Shown here: in pieces, positions 8,564 through 17,328 of the stretch
Layout of the letters: every line of letters starts with the position of its first letter
Position numbering within the stretch: position 1 is the stretch's first letter
Program-made: the position numbers and the translations under genes
Virus record (IMG/VR): IMGVR_UViG_3300049846_003387
Coordinates: 1,932-65,931 of that record
DNA from: a virus
Lineage: Duplodnaviria; Caudoviricetes
Reading direction: 5' to 3' (one strand)
DNA: 64,000 nucleotides
The notes under the pieces: generated by a model
Seen by the model: only the letters and a program-made list of their open reading frames with translations
What the model was told of the DNA's origin: nothing
Databases searched by the model: none

Positions 8564-9271
8564 CTATTCGAGATAGGGAGCAATGTCGATCACGCAAAAT
8601 GGAGCTTCTTCATGCTCATAACAACTAAGAAGCCTATTAGACTTCTTGAGATTTATTGCTTTAGGCAAATACTGTAAGTTTTCCAAAATATGAAATCCAG
8701 CAACCGTATCTCCATGGAGTGGAATTATATGATCCACTGCGTATCCTTTTGGACATCGAAGATAGAAATCTCTTATCTCCTTGTCTTGGCTCCAAGATGG
8801 AGTGCAGTTGAGCTTACGAGCTCTTCGTTTATTGGTATCAGCTAGAGACCTGGACCTCCACTCGACAGTCCTTCGTTTCAATCGGTCAGCTTCCCTATTT
8901 GCCTCTCTTCTTTTCTTGTCCTGTAAGAGTTTTTTTGTTTTATTTTTTCTATACCAATCTTTGTCTCGTTGAACTTCGCGTTCAAGATTCTGTTTTCTAT
9001 AGTTCTTAGTATAATCAGGATTTTTTTCTCTTTGTTTTTTTCTGCCTTCTATCCTTTGTGCTTTATTTTTGATAGCACTTCTTTTGCAGGTATCTCGATT
9101 CCTACAAGGGTAACATAGAGTTGTCTGTTTTTGAAAAGAGATAGTTTGAAATTTATGACCACATTCGGTACAATTGATATTAATGTATTTACAATTATGA
9201 CAGAGTCCTCGCCTATTCTTCGAAGTACAACTAAAGCTTTGTTTGCACTGAACACACTCTTTATTTATCAT
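8564..9271 (-). CDS. HNH (homing) endonuclease with N-terminal Zn ribbons
   Basis: RRARKLNCTPSW...VDHIIPLHG...GFHILENLQYLPKAINLKKSN; four CxxC pairs. Confidence 0.9.
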   Translation of the reverse strand: MINKECVQCKQSFSCTSKNRRGLCHNCKYININCTECGHKFQTISFQKQTTLCYPCRNRDTCKRSAIKNKAQRIEGRKKQREKNPDYTKNYRKQNLEREVQRDKDWYRKNKTKKLLQDKKRREANREADRLKRRTVEWRSRSLADTNKRRARKLNCTPSWSQDKEIRDFYLRCPKGYAVDHIIPLHGDTVAGFHILENLQYLPKAINLKKSNRLLSCYEHEEAPFCVIDIAPYLE

Positions 9272-9295
9272 GACTTCCTCCTTCGGTCATACTAT

Positions 9296-9323
9296 ATTAT
9301 ACCAGTGCAACCCATTCTGTCAT
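9296..9323 (-). promoter_or_regulatory. possible sigma70-type promoter of the HNH gene
   Basis: ATGACA-16 nt-TATAAT with TG upstream of the -10, minus strand. Confidence 0.35.
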
Positions 9324-9348
9324 CCCTCAACAAAGGACTAACAACTAC

Positions 9349-10440
9349 ATGGCAAAAGAAACTAAAGAAGCAAAAAAAATCTCTCTCGAAGCAGCTATGG
9401 GAGTTCTAAATAAGAAGTATGGAGCTTTGAGTATTTTTACTGGTAAAGAAAATATCTCTGTTCAAGTTAAGAGTTTCTCCTCAGGCTGTTTAGCATTCGA
9501 TTCTGTACTAGGATCAGGAATTCCAGAAGGTCGCATCATAGAAATTATGGGAGCAGAAGGCTCTGGCAAAACAGCATACTGCCTCTCTGTAATCTCTCAC
9601 TTCCAAAGCCAACATGGCAAAAAGTGTGCTTTTCTTGACGGAGAGCAGACTATGTCTCCTACATGGGCCACTGCTCTCGGAGTTAAATGGGAAGACCTTA
9701 TATACAGTGCTCCAGATAACTTAGAGCAAGTATTAGACACCATAGATCTCCTCGCCTCCACAGGCGAGGTTGGATTAATTGTGTATGATAGTATTGCAGC
9801 ACTACCATCTCTTGCAGAGACAACAAAAGACGCTGGCGATGTGAATGTAGCAGCGTTATCGAAAGTATTGACAAGCGCACTTCGCAAGCTCACTCCGATT
9901 CTTGCAAAAAATAAATGCACAGTAATCTTCATCAACCAACTCCGCGAAAAAATTGGAGGCTACAACCCAACCGGCCGAATCCAAACGACCTCGCCAGGCG
10001 GGAGAGCTTTACGCCACAGCGCCAGTTTAAGGCTAGAAATGCGCAAAATGAGTGGAACAGACATAAAGCAAGGCGATCGAGTTGTAGGACATAAGGTAAA
10101 AATTAAATGTAAGAAAAACAAGCTTTCCTCTGCTCAGGGAGCGGAGGCAGAATTTACTTTATACTATTCTTCGGGCATCGATAAAATTGAAGACGCTATA
10201 GTGACTGCTGGGAACATTGGAGTTATAGAAAGACCAAACAGTAGTACTTACATTTACAAAGACCTTAAAGTAAGAGGTTACGAAAATTTTGTAAGCGCTC
10301 TTAAAGAAGATAAGAATTTGCTTAGTGATTTAATTAAAACAACTCAAGATAAAATGACAAGTGGAGTTACCTTTGTAGAGGAATCCGATCTTCCTGACTC
10401 CGAAGACGAAGACTTAGATGATGAAGGTACAGAAGAATAA
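9349..10440 (+). CDS. recA: RecA-family recombinase
   Basis: GIPEGRIIEIMGAEGSGKT Walker A, IVYDSIAAL, FINQLREKIG, SPGGRALRH. Confidence 0.97.
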   Translation: MAKETKEAKKISLEAAMGVLNKKYGALSIFTGKENISVQVKSFSSGCLAFDSVLGSGIPEGRIIEIMGAEGSGKTAYCLSVISHFQSQHGKKCAFLDGEQTMSPTWATALGVKWEDLIYSAPDNLEQVLDTIDLLASTGEVGLIVYDSIAALPSLAETTKDAGDVNVAALSKVLTSALRKLTPILAKNKCTVIFINQLREKIGGYNPTGRIQTTSPGGRALRHSASLRLEMRKMSGTDIKQGDRVVGHKVKIKCKKNKLSSAQGAEAEFTLYYSSGIDKIEDAIVTAGNIGVIERPNSSTYIYKDLKVRGYENFVSALKEDKNLLSDLIKTTQDKMTSGVTFVEESDLPDSEDEDLDDEGTEE

Positions 10441-10458
10441 AAGTATTAAAGGAAAGCC

Positions 10459-10602
10459 ATGAGAGTGATTAAAAAGTTTACATGTAAAGTATGTGGACCG
10501 CAAAAGTTGATAGGCGATTTTGGCAGTAAAACACATGTTTTGTGTCTAAGCTGCGGAGAAGAAATATCTCTCAAAGAGCTTGGTCCCATTGAAGAGGAAT
10601 AG
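10459..10602 (+). CDS. 47-aa Zn-ribbon protein
   Basis: MRVIKKFTCKVCG...CLSCGEE; AAGGA RBS; below the ORF-track cutoff. Confidence 0.7.
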   Translation: MRVIKKFTCKVCGPQKLIGDFGSKTHVLCLSCGEEISLKELGPIEEE

Positions 10603-10638
10603 AATGCCAAACTATCTTGTAGTTTAGTACTCTCGCTT

Positions 10639-10662
10639 AAGCTCCCTACGGGAGCTTTTTTT
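10639..10662 (+). terminator. intrinsic terminator
   Basis: aagctccc-tac-gggagctt followed by a T run. Confidence 0.85.
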
Positions 10663-10720
10663 GTTGAAATTAAGGAAGGTAAATGGGAAGCTATTGAAAT
10701 TAATCTTCTCAAAGGCAAAT

Positions 10721-11761
10721 ATGAAAAACTTAAAACAAATTTTTGAGTTATGCGAACTTAAGCCAGTAGCTTTTTGTATTAAGGGATCCCCTGATCCAGA
10801 TTCTATTGCTTCGAGCTTTGCTCTGCTTAGTTACTATAGATCGTTAGGTGGTGATGGTAAGATTTATCATGAAGATTATGTCTCGCATTCAGCAAACAAA
10901 GCAATGGTAAATATACTAGACATCCAACTAACCGAGAAAGCTCAACCTATTCAAGAAGAATACTACGTTGTATGCGATCACGCAGATCCAGTAGTAGAAG
11001 CTAACTGCAAAGCTAAATGTCTTCTCCATATAGATCATCATAAGAGTGATTCTGTTGCTGCAGATCCTCCTATTGCTCAATTTGTGGAGTACGATGCTGG
11101 AGCCTGTAGTTCAATTATCACTAGACTCTTACAAGAGGTAAACTTCTTTGCATCTGGAGATGGTAATCTTTCACCTATTGCTACAGCTCTATGTTACGGA
11201 ATCAAAACAGATACCGACAATTTTGATGGCGCGAGAGAAAAGGATTGGGAGGCTATGTCAGTACTCTCTCAATTTAAAAATAAAGACTCTCTTCAGAAAA
11301 TGACAAAGTCGCGCATTAGTGCTCAAACCTCAGATGTTCTTAAAACAGCTCTAAGTCACGAGAAGACCGAACAAAATTGGCTCTATGCAGGAGTAGGATT
11401 CCTTCAAGAAACCTACAGAGATAGTATAGCACTTGTAGCTGATGAAATGTTACGTAGGCAAGGCATAGATAATGTATTAGTTTATGGTATTATAGAGCGA
11501 GAAAGTGGTTCTACAGTAGAAGGATCTGTAAGATCTATAGATGCAGGATTTGAGATAGATGGTTTTGTAAGACAATTCTCTGACAATGCAGGTGGTAGGA
11601 AATATAAAGGAGGATTCCAGATTCCTCTAGGCTTTTGGGCTTCTTGTAAGAATCGGGATCTACTAGAAGATATGGTAGCAACTTGCATAGAAGATAAGCT
11701 AAAACTAATTCTAGGAACAGCAATCACTTCTTCTAAGAAGAAGCAACATAAAGGCGAATAA
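10721..11761 (+). CDS. DHH/DHHA1 phosphoesterase (NrnA / cyclic-dinucleotide PDE-like)
   Basis: PDPDSIAS, CDH, IDHH, GACSSI, GIKTDT, GSVRS, AGGR; likely start ATG 10721. Confidence 0.9.
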   Translation: MKNLKQIFELCELKPVAFCIKGSPDPDSIASSFALLSYYRSLGGDGKIYHEDYVSHSANKAMVNILDIQLTEKAQPIQEEYYVVCDHADPVVEANCKAKCLLHIDHHKSDSVAADPPIAQFVEYDAGACSSIITRLLQEVNFFASGDGNLSPIATALCYGIKTDTDNFDGAREKDWEAMSVLSQFKNKDSLQKMTKSRISAQTSDVLKTALSHEKTEQNWLYAGVGFLQETYRDSIALVADEMLRRQGIDNVLVYGIIERESGSTVEGSVRSIDAGFEIDGFVRQFSDNAGGRKYKGGFQIPLGFWASCKNRDLLEDMVATCIEDKLKLILGTAITSSKKKQHKGE

Positions 11762-12115
11762 ATGTTTTTCCATTGCACGGCTTGTAAAAAAGATGTAGAA
11801 CCAGGAGTTCTAAGAGATACATTACAAAATAAGCAAGTTGTAGCAACAACTCAAGCTGTATGTCCAGAATGTCGTTTAGTTCTACCTATAAATAGCTTTA
11901 TGTTGAAAACTTTAGTTTCGCTTAAGCGTTTCTACGATGCTCCTAAAGTACAGTCAGCTTTTACTTTTGTATGTAAGAAGTGCAGTAAGGTAGGTAAACC
12001 TTCGTTGCAAAAAAACCAAGCTCTATGCTCATTCTGTGGAGAAGATCTTCAACTATCACCTTTTACTATTAAGGCTATGTCACTAACTAAAGCTGGTAGT
12101 ATCGATCCTGCGTAG
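11762..12115 (+). CDS. double Zn-ribbon protein
   Basis: CTAC, CPEC, CKKC, CSFC. Confidence 0.8.
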   Translation: MFFHCTACKKDVEPGVLRDTLQNKQVVATTQAVCPECRLVLPINSFMLKTLVSLKRFYDAPKVQSAFTFVCKKCSKVGKPSLQKNQALCSFCGEDLQLSPFTIKAMSLTKAGSIDPA

Positions 12116-12123
12116 GAGAAGTT

Positions 12124-12888
12124 TTGATTCCAGATCAGCAAATGATGCAGAGTGTACTTAAGTATTCGCGGAAGTCTTTGTCTTCTGCAGCAATATCTTA
12201 TCTTAAGTCGCGTGGTATAACTAAGCAAGTTGCATTAGATTGGGAAATAGGATTTATTCCTTCGAATGAATTCTTTGATAATTTGCAAGGAGACAGGGAA
12301 GCTCTTTATCATACAGGTCTTTTAATACGTAAGATGAACCTTTCCCCCCTCAAAGGATACATAACCTTTCCTTTATACAATCAGTACGATCAACTAATTG
12401 GATTCTCTGGTCGACCACCAATTTCAAATGAACAAGTAAAGCTTCAGAACATGAAGAAGTACTGGCATACTATAATCGACAAAAGAAACTTTCTATTTGG
12501 CTTCAATAAAGCAAAAGTACCAGCCCTAGAGCAGGGTTATATTATTATTGCAGAAGGTCAATTTGATACTATCACAGCTCATCAATTTGGTATTCAGAAT
12601 ATAGTATCAACTTGCGGAACCGCCCTAACAGAAAATCAAATAATTCTTATTTCGCGCTATACTGATAAGGCATATGTTGTTTTTGATAATGATGAGGCAG
12701 GTCGAAGAGCATTCTCACAACTTCAAAAACATAATATAGAAGGAATAAAGTTGATTCCTGTAATTTTACCTGACTCTTCCGATGGAGCTAAGGAAGATCC
12801 TGATTCTTTCATTAGAAAGTACGGTAAAGATAAATTTCTTGAATGTCTTTTGGGAGGAGACTCAAATGGAGCGCAAGATAATCTTTAA
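12124..12888 (+). CDS. dnaG: DnaG-type primase catalytic core (no N-terminal Zn finger)
   Basis: YLKSRGI, ITFPL, IGFSGR, IIAEGQFD, GTALT, FDNDEAG, DPD TOPRIM motifs. Confidence 0.92.
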   Translation: MIPDQQMMQSVLKYSRKSLSSAAISYLKSRGITKQVALDWEIGFIPSNEFFDNLQGDREALYHTGLLIRKMNLSPLKGYITFPLYNQYDQLIGFSGRPPISNEQVKLQNMKKYWHTIIDKRNFLFGFNKAKVPALEQGYIIIAEGQFDTITAHQFGIQNIVSTCGTALTENQIILISRYTDKAYVVFDNDEAGRRAFSQLQKHNIEGIKLIPVILPDSSDGAKEDPDSFIRKYGKDKFLECLLGGDSNGAQDNL

Positions 12889-13846
12889 GTGTCAAGTAGG
12901 ATCTCATTTATATGGAACTTCTCGTCCTGAAAGTGATCTTGATTTCCAAGGAGTATTTTTACCATCTCTCCAAGATCTACTATCTTTAGATAATTGCCCA
13001 AGCGAGTGGACAGAGAATATAAAATTATCTTCTGGTCCTCGCAATACTGCAGGAGATGTAGATTGTAAATACTTTTCGCTCCAAAAGTTCCTACGCCTGG
13101 CTGCTCAAGGTCAGCCAGGTCAATTAGAAATGCTTTTTGCTCCTTCCTCGGTAACACTTGTAGCTACTGAGGAATGGCAGATTATACAAGACAATAAAGA
13201 CATTCTCCTCTCTTCTAAGGGCATAGCGCCTTTTATAGGCTTTGCAATAGCTCAAATGCACAAAGCCTCATGTAAAGGTGAAAACTTGAACCAGATCAAC
13301 CATCTAATAGAGTGGGGATCTACACTGACCTCTCAAAATTTGAATGGTCGACTTTCTGAGTTGCTTAGGCATGAGGGTGAGATAACGGTACTTGGAGATG
13401 TAGAAGTTAAGTATTATATGAATGATTTTGGGGCCTATCAAGTTGATATTGCTGGAAGAAATTTCGACATAGGTATTCGTACTAAAAATTTTATAGATAG
13501 TTTAAAGAAATTAGAATCAAGATATGGCTCAAGATCTCGTGCTGCTGCTATACAAGCTTACGATTACAAATCGTTAGGACATGCAATTCGCCTTCTAGGA
13601 GAAGCAGAAGAATTTCTGCAATATGGTAAAATTACACTCCCAAGACCAGATGCTGAATATTTAAAAACCGTCTTACGAGGAACAATCGAAAAAGACATAG
13701 ATTGGAGTAGTTATCTTGAATCTAAGATAGATTATTTAAGACAGGTTATAGAACCTAGATGTACTTTACCATCTATTCCAAATTGGTCAAAGATCAACGA
13801 TCTTTGCATTCAATTACTTAGTAAACATATAGGACGACTTCCTTGA
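12866..13846 (+). CDS. Pol-beta-superfamily nucleotidyltransferase (RlaP/YcgL-like phage family)
   Basis: GSHLYGTSRPESDLDFQGVF; YDYKSLGHAIRLL; ITLPRPDAEYL; GGAGG RBS before ATG 12866. Confidence 0.85.
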   Translation: MERKIIFKCQVGSHLYGTSRPESDLDFQGVFLPSLQDLLSLDNCPSEWTENIKLSSGPRNTAGDVDCKYFSLQKFLRLAAQGQPGQLEMLFAPSSVTLVATEEWQIIQDNKDILLSSKGIAPFIGFAIAQMHKASCKGENLNQINHLIEWGSTLTSQNLNGRLSELLRHEGEITVLGDVEVKYYMNDFGAYQVDIAGRNFDIGIRTKNFIDSLKKLESRYGSRSRAAAIQAYDYKSLGHAIRLLGEAEEFLQYGKITLPRPDAEYLKTVLRGTIEKDIDWSSYLESKIDYLRQVIEPRCTLPSIPNWSKINDLCIQLLSKHIGRLP

Positions 13847-14166
13847 ATAATCAGAACGACGAAGCAAATTACCTTGTTTGGAGAGAAGGGGAATGGTCTC
13901 TTCATACTTCATTAACTAGAATGCACTTTCACTATGCAGAAATTATTATTAGATTCCCTATAGCGAGTAACTTATTTAAAATAATTAAATCGAGATATCA
14001 TTCTCTTAAGGATTCTTCTTGTGAGCCATTAGAACAAGATTTGAAGTATTGTTTTGAGCAAGAAGAATTTAGTTTATTAATGACGCATCCTGATTATTAT
14101 TTTCGCGAACTAGGATTTTTTTTACAACAAAATGTTGCCAATATAAAAACACACCTTATTGTATAA
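13843..14166 (+). CDS. hypothetical protein with half-HEAT-like tag
   Basis: LLMTHPDYYFRELG near the C-terminus. Confidence 0.65.
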   Translation: MNNQNDEANYLVWREGEWSLHTSLTRMHFHYAEIIIRFPIASNLFKIIKSRYHSLKDSSCEPLEQDLKYCFEQEEFSLLMTHPDYYFRELGFFLQQNVANIKTHLIV

Positions 14167-14206
14167 GTAGAAAGAAACTTACACATCTAATTAAGGAGGT
14201 TTGATT

Positions 14207-14524
14207 ATGTTAGCATTCCCTAGAAATGATTTTCTTTTCGGTCGAGATTTCCACGAAGGATATGTTTCTTCAAATGACAAAGAGTATACTTTAGTGCTCG
14301 AGGTACCTGGAATGTCGAAAGAAGATATTAAAATTGAAGTAGAAAATAATTATCTTTCGATTTCTGGTGAAATTAAGATTTTAGATACCACAAAAACTCT
14401 CAGGCGTAAATTTTTGGTACCAAAAGATGTAGATTCAATTGAAGCTACTACTGCAAATGGACTATTAACTATTACTTTGGCCAAGACTCCGCAATCACAA
14501 AAACGACTAATTCAGATTAAATAA
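14207..14524 (+). CDS. small heat-shock protein (Hsp20/alpha-crystallin)
   Basis: EVPGMSKEDIKIEVENNYLSISGE...IEATTANGLLTITLAK; AAGGAGG RBS. Confidence 0.95.
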   Translation: MLAFPRNDFLFGRDFHEGYVSSNDKEYTLVLEVPGMSKEDIKIEVENNYLSISGEIKILDTTKTLRRKFLVPKDVDSIEATTANGLLTITLAKTPQSQKRLIQIK

Positions 14525-14538
14525 GAGTGACTTAAGGC

Positions 14539-14582
14539 TTTCTAAGGCTATATTCTCTCTAAATAGAGGAAAGCCTTAGAAA
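14539..14582 (+). promoter_or_regulatory. hairpin enclosing the RBS and first base of the next gene
   Basis: tttctaaggct (14539-49) / agccttagaaa (14572-82), perfect 11-bp stem. Confidence 0.55.
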
Positions 14583-15115
14583 TGCCCAAGAAAAAGAAAC
14601 CCAAGTCAACCGAAAACGATGCTAATTTAGAACAACATCTTTGGAAAGAGGTTATTCTTCAACCAGAGTTGTTTGCATCTGTTGTTGATATTCCAGATGC
14701 TTCTGATGAAGAGATAGCAGTTATAAAAGATGCTAAGTTACTGATTAGTGAACTACTCTTTGATCGAGTTGTAGAGTTAGCAACTCATCATTTTACCAAG
14801 CACCAAAATATAGTATTAGCCCTAATTCAGGCACCAGACAGAACATATAACGAAATAGCTGAGATCATTGGGATAAATTATACAGGTGTTTCTCACGCTA
14901 TTAAAGGGATAAAATCCCCTAAACACAGTAAATTTCATGGTGGCTATGAAAAAAAGCTTCGTAAGATTTGTCAAAAAGACAAAGAATGTACGGAATACAT
15001 AGCCTGTATTCGTGAGCTTCGCAATAATGATCCTGAGTATGCTATCCAAGTACTCATCCAGTATGACGACAATCCCGAGTTTTGGCAAAACTATCGAATA
15101 GATCAATTGTATTGA
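14582..15115 (+). CDS. sigma70 region-4-like HTH protein
   Basis: FTKHQNIVLAL...RTYNEIAEIIGINYTGVSHAIKG. Confidence 0.65.
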   Translation: MPKKKKPKSTENDANLEQHLWKEVILQPELFASVVDIPDASDEEIAVIKDAKLLISELLFDRVVELATHHFTKHQNIVLALIQAPDRTYNEIAEIIGINYTGVSHAIKGIKSPKHSKFHGGYEKKLRKICQKDKECTEYIACIRELRNNDPEYAIQVLIQYDDNPEFWQNYRIDQLY

Positions 15116-15116
15116 T
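15110..15116 (+). promoter_or_regulatory. TATTGAT box
   Basis: Exact motif at the start of the late module; overlaps the upstream stop codon. Confidence 0.45.
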
Positions 15117-15208
15117 TTTTTGTATATCTTTGATAAGATTATAAAATCTTTTACATGTAAGACTAATTTTATTATATTTTGCTCTGAAATACCAAGGAGT
15201 TATATCTC

Positions 15209-15706
15209 ATGCCTAGATTATCAAATCCAGATCTCGATCTTCAAAGTCTTTATGATCTTGCAGTGGACCAACCAAGCCTAGTAAAAACAGCTTCCTCAGG
15301 TCGATTAAAATTTGCAGAACATGCCCAAAGATTTTCTCGAATTGGCTTTGATCTCTTTAGGGACACTCAATCCGAATTTATTTGGAAGCTTGAAAAAGAT
15401 TCAGAGACAGGTGAGGAGTTCATAATTAGAACTGCAAACCTAGATCCAATGAAAAAATCTTCAGCATGGCAAGCTCTTACTGACTCTGGTAAAACCTCGA
15501 TCGTACTTACCTATAAAGGACATCCAGTCAAGGCTTTTAAAAAAGCTGAGCTTCAATTTGATGAATCTAATATAGATGAATGGCGACAATATTTAGTAGA
15601 TAAAATTACTACTGACCCTACTTTTCTTAATAAAGTACTAGTTCAGGCAGGTGAGTCTCGTAAGCGACAAGTTTTAGGAAAGTTTCCTGAATTACTTCAA
15701 AAATAA
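15209..15706 (+). CDS. putative virion protein
   Basis: AAGGAG RBS; LVKTAS motif. Confidence 0.8.
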   Translation: MPRLSNPDLDLQSLYDLAVDQPSLVKTASSGRLKFAEHAQRFSRIGFDLFRDTQSEFIWKLEKDSETGEEFIIRTANLDPMKKSSAWQALTDSGKTSIVLTYKGHPVKAFKKAELQFDESNIDEWRQYLVDKITTDPTFLNKVLVQAGESRKRQVLGKFPELLQK

Positions 15707-15729
15707 AAGCATTTTAATCCAAGGTCTTC

Positions 15730-17328
15730 ATGTCAAAACGAGACAAAATTAATAATACAATTGAGTCTTTTGAGCAACTTGGATTGAAAAAATTTGCTCA
15801 ATCTCTTCGTAATATCCAAAAAATTCAACCTACTTTCTCCTTTAAAAAAGAACAAGAGGTTTTTGAAAAGTTATTGCAAATAGTAAATTATCTATCTAAA
15901 GTAGATAATTACGCTATATTGAATGAGAATTATCATCTTCCTGCCTACTCCACTACCTCCAATCGAAAACATGTATATTTTTCTCAATTTCCCTTGCAAG
16001 GCTATACGAAACAGCAGATTATGGGAACTGGTCTTCCAGACTATCTAAAAAATTTTGTTACATATTATATGAGTGCACGTAGCAAAGAACTTTACGGGCC
16101 TATCCGTAAAGAATATATGAATATAGCCAATCAATTGAGTGAAATTGCCACAGCAACAACAAAAATTTATAAAAGAGTTTACAAACCTTTTACAGCTACG
16201 GTAGAGGATGGTGAGTCTTTCGTTTCTCCTAAAAAACAAAGATCGCCTTCTCAAGAATCTATAAGAACTGAAGCTAAAAATCTCAACTCCTACTTGAGAC
16301 TAATGCAAAAATTCATTCTTAAAGTACAATCTGAATATATTCCTCTATATGAGGCTACTCTCCAAGAGATTAAATCTAGGAAAGATAAAGATTCTATCAA
16401 AGAACTCCGTCAGATATGGAACGATCCTGATGAAGAAGAATCTTCTGTTTCACAGAGTGATGAGGTGCAAGACGATAAATTTCCTAAGCAAGAAACATCT
16501 AAAGTTATAAAAAGATCACCCTTTCAAAAAACTAAGAAACTTAAAGATAAGGATAAGGATAAGAGTGAACCTGATCTTGAAGATGATTTGAGTATTTTCG
16601 AATCTTCTCCAAAAGAAGAGTCAACTGAGCCTTCTGCCTCGACCCTATCTCCAAGTAAAATTCAAGACATTTTAAAGCGAGTACATAAAAAAGCTAATAT
16701 CAATAAATCAGAGATTATATCTCAATTAGAAAATTTAACTATAGATTTTGCAAGAGTAAGAGATCAAGTTGAATCTAAAATAGCTGATCAATTAAAAATA
16801 ACCCTTCCCGAATTCCGCTCTCGTTTCCAAATCGAAAACTACATCAAATCCTTCTTAGAAATAGATCCTACGATGACGAAAATAGCTGATATTTTTAATC
16901 AAATTAGCAAGCAGGATGCTAGTAAAGAGGAAGAGGATACTGGCCTTTTAGTTCCTTCGGTTTCAAAGCGATACGAATCTAAAGCTGTAGAAAAACACGA
17001 CTTTGTCAACCAAACTATTCGAGATGTAGTTGGTGGACGTTTTAGTTTTCAGCCTTATAGATCAACCTCTCTTCATCTCTATTCTCATAGAGATATACTA
17101 AATGCATGGGATTACATGCATCGACAACTCGCTTCACATTACAATACATTCTTAAGCACAGTAATTAGAATGAATGAGCGTCAATCACTTCTGCAAACAG
17201 ACGACAACATTTCTTCTCTTCAAACAGATCTTGAAACTTCTTCAAAGAATATGAAAAGTCTAGTCTTAATAGAACAAGAACTACAACATCGCCTAGTTAA
17301 GGCCATTGGAGCTTTGAATAATGTCTAA
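15730..17328 (+). CDS. helical hypothetical protein (putative internal head protein)
   Basis: 532-aa ORF; KFAQ, KKAN, KIAD motifs. Confidence 0.8.
   Translation: MSKRDKINNTIESFEQLGLKKFAQSLRNIQKIQPTFSFKKEQEVFEKLLQIVNYLSKVDNYAILNENYHLPAYSTTSNRKHVYFSQFPLQGYTKQQIMGTGLPDYLKNFVTYYMSARSKELYGPIRKEYMNIANQLSEIATATTKIYKRVYKPFTATVEDGESFVSPKKQRSPSQESIRTEAKNLNSYLRLMQKFILKVQSEYIPLYEATLQEIKSRKDKDSIKELRQIWNDPDEEESSVSQSDEVQDDKFPKQETSKVIKRSPFQKTKKLKDKDKDKSEPDLEDDLSIFESSPKEESTEPSASTLSPSKIQDILKRVHKKANINKSEIISQLENLTIDFARVRDQVESKIADQLKITLPEFRSRFQIENYIKSFLEIDPTMTKIADIFNQISKQDASKEEEDTGLLVPSVSKRYESKAVEKHDFVNQTIRDVVGGRFSFQPYRSTSLHLYSHRDILNAWDYMHRQLASHYNTFLSTVIRMNERQSLLQTDDNISSLQTDLETSSKNMKSLVLIEQELQHRLVKAIGALNNV

Noticed and set aside
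10692-10698. TATTGAA upstream of the DHH gene as a late-box variant
   Set aside because: One mismatch in AT-rich DNA; not enough support on its own.
10600-10746. Open frame continuing after the TAG of the 47-aa gene (possible amber readthrough or recoding)
   Set aside because: The continuation runs through a clear intrinsic terminator, and many other genes end in TAG directly before the next gene, so the standard code fits.
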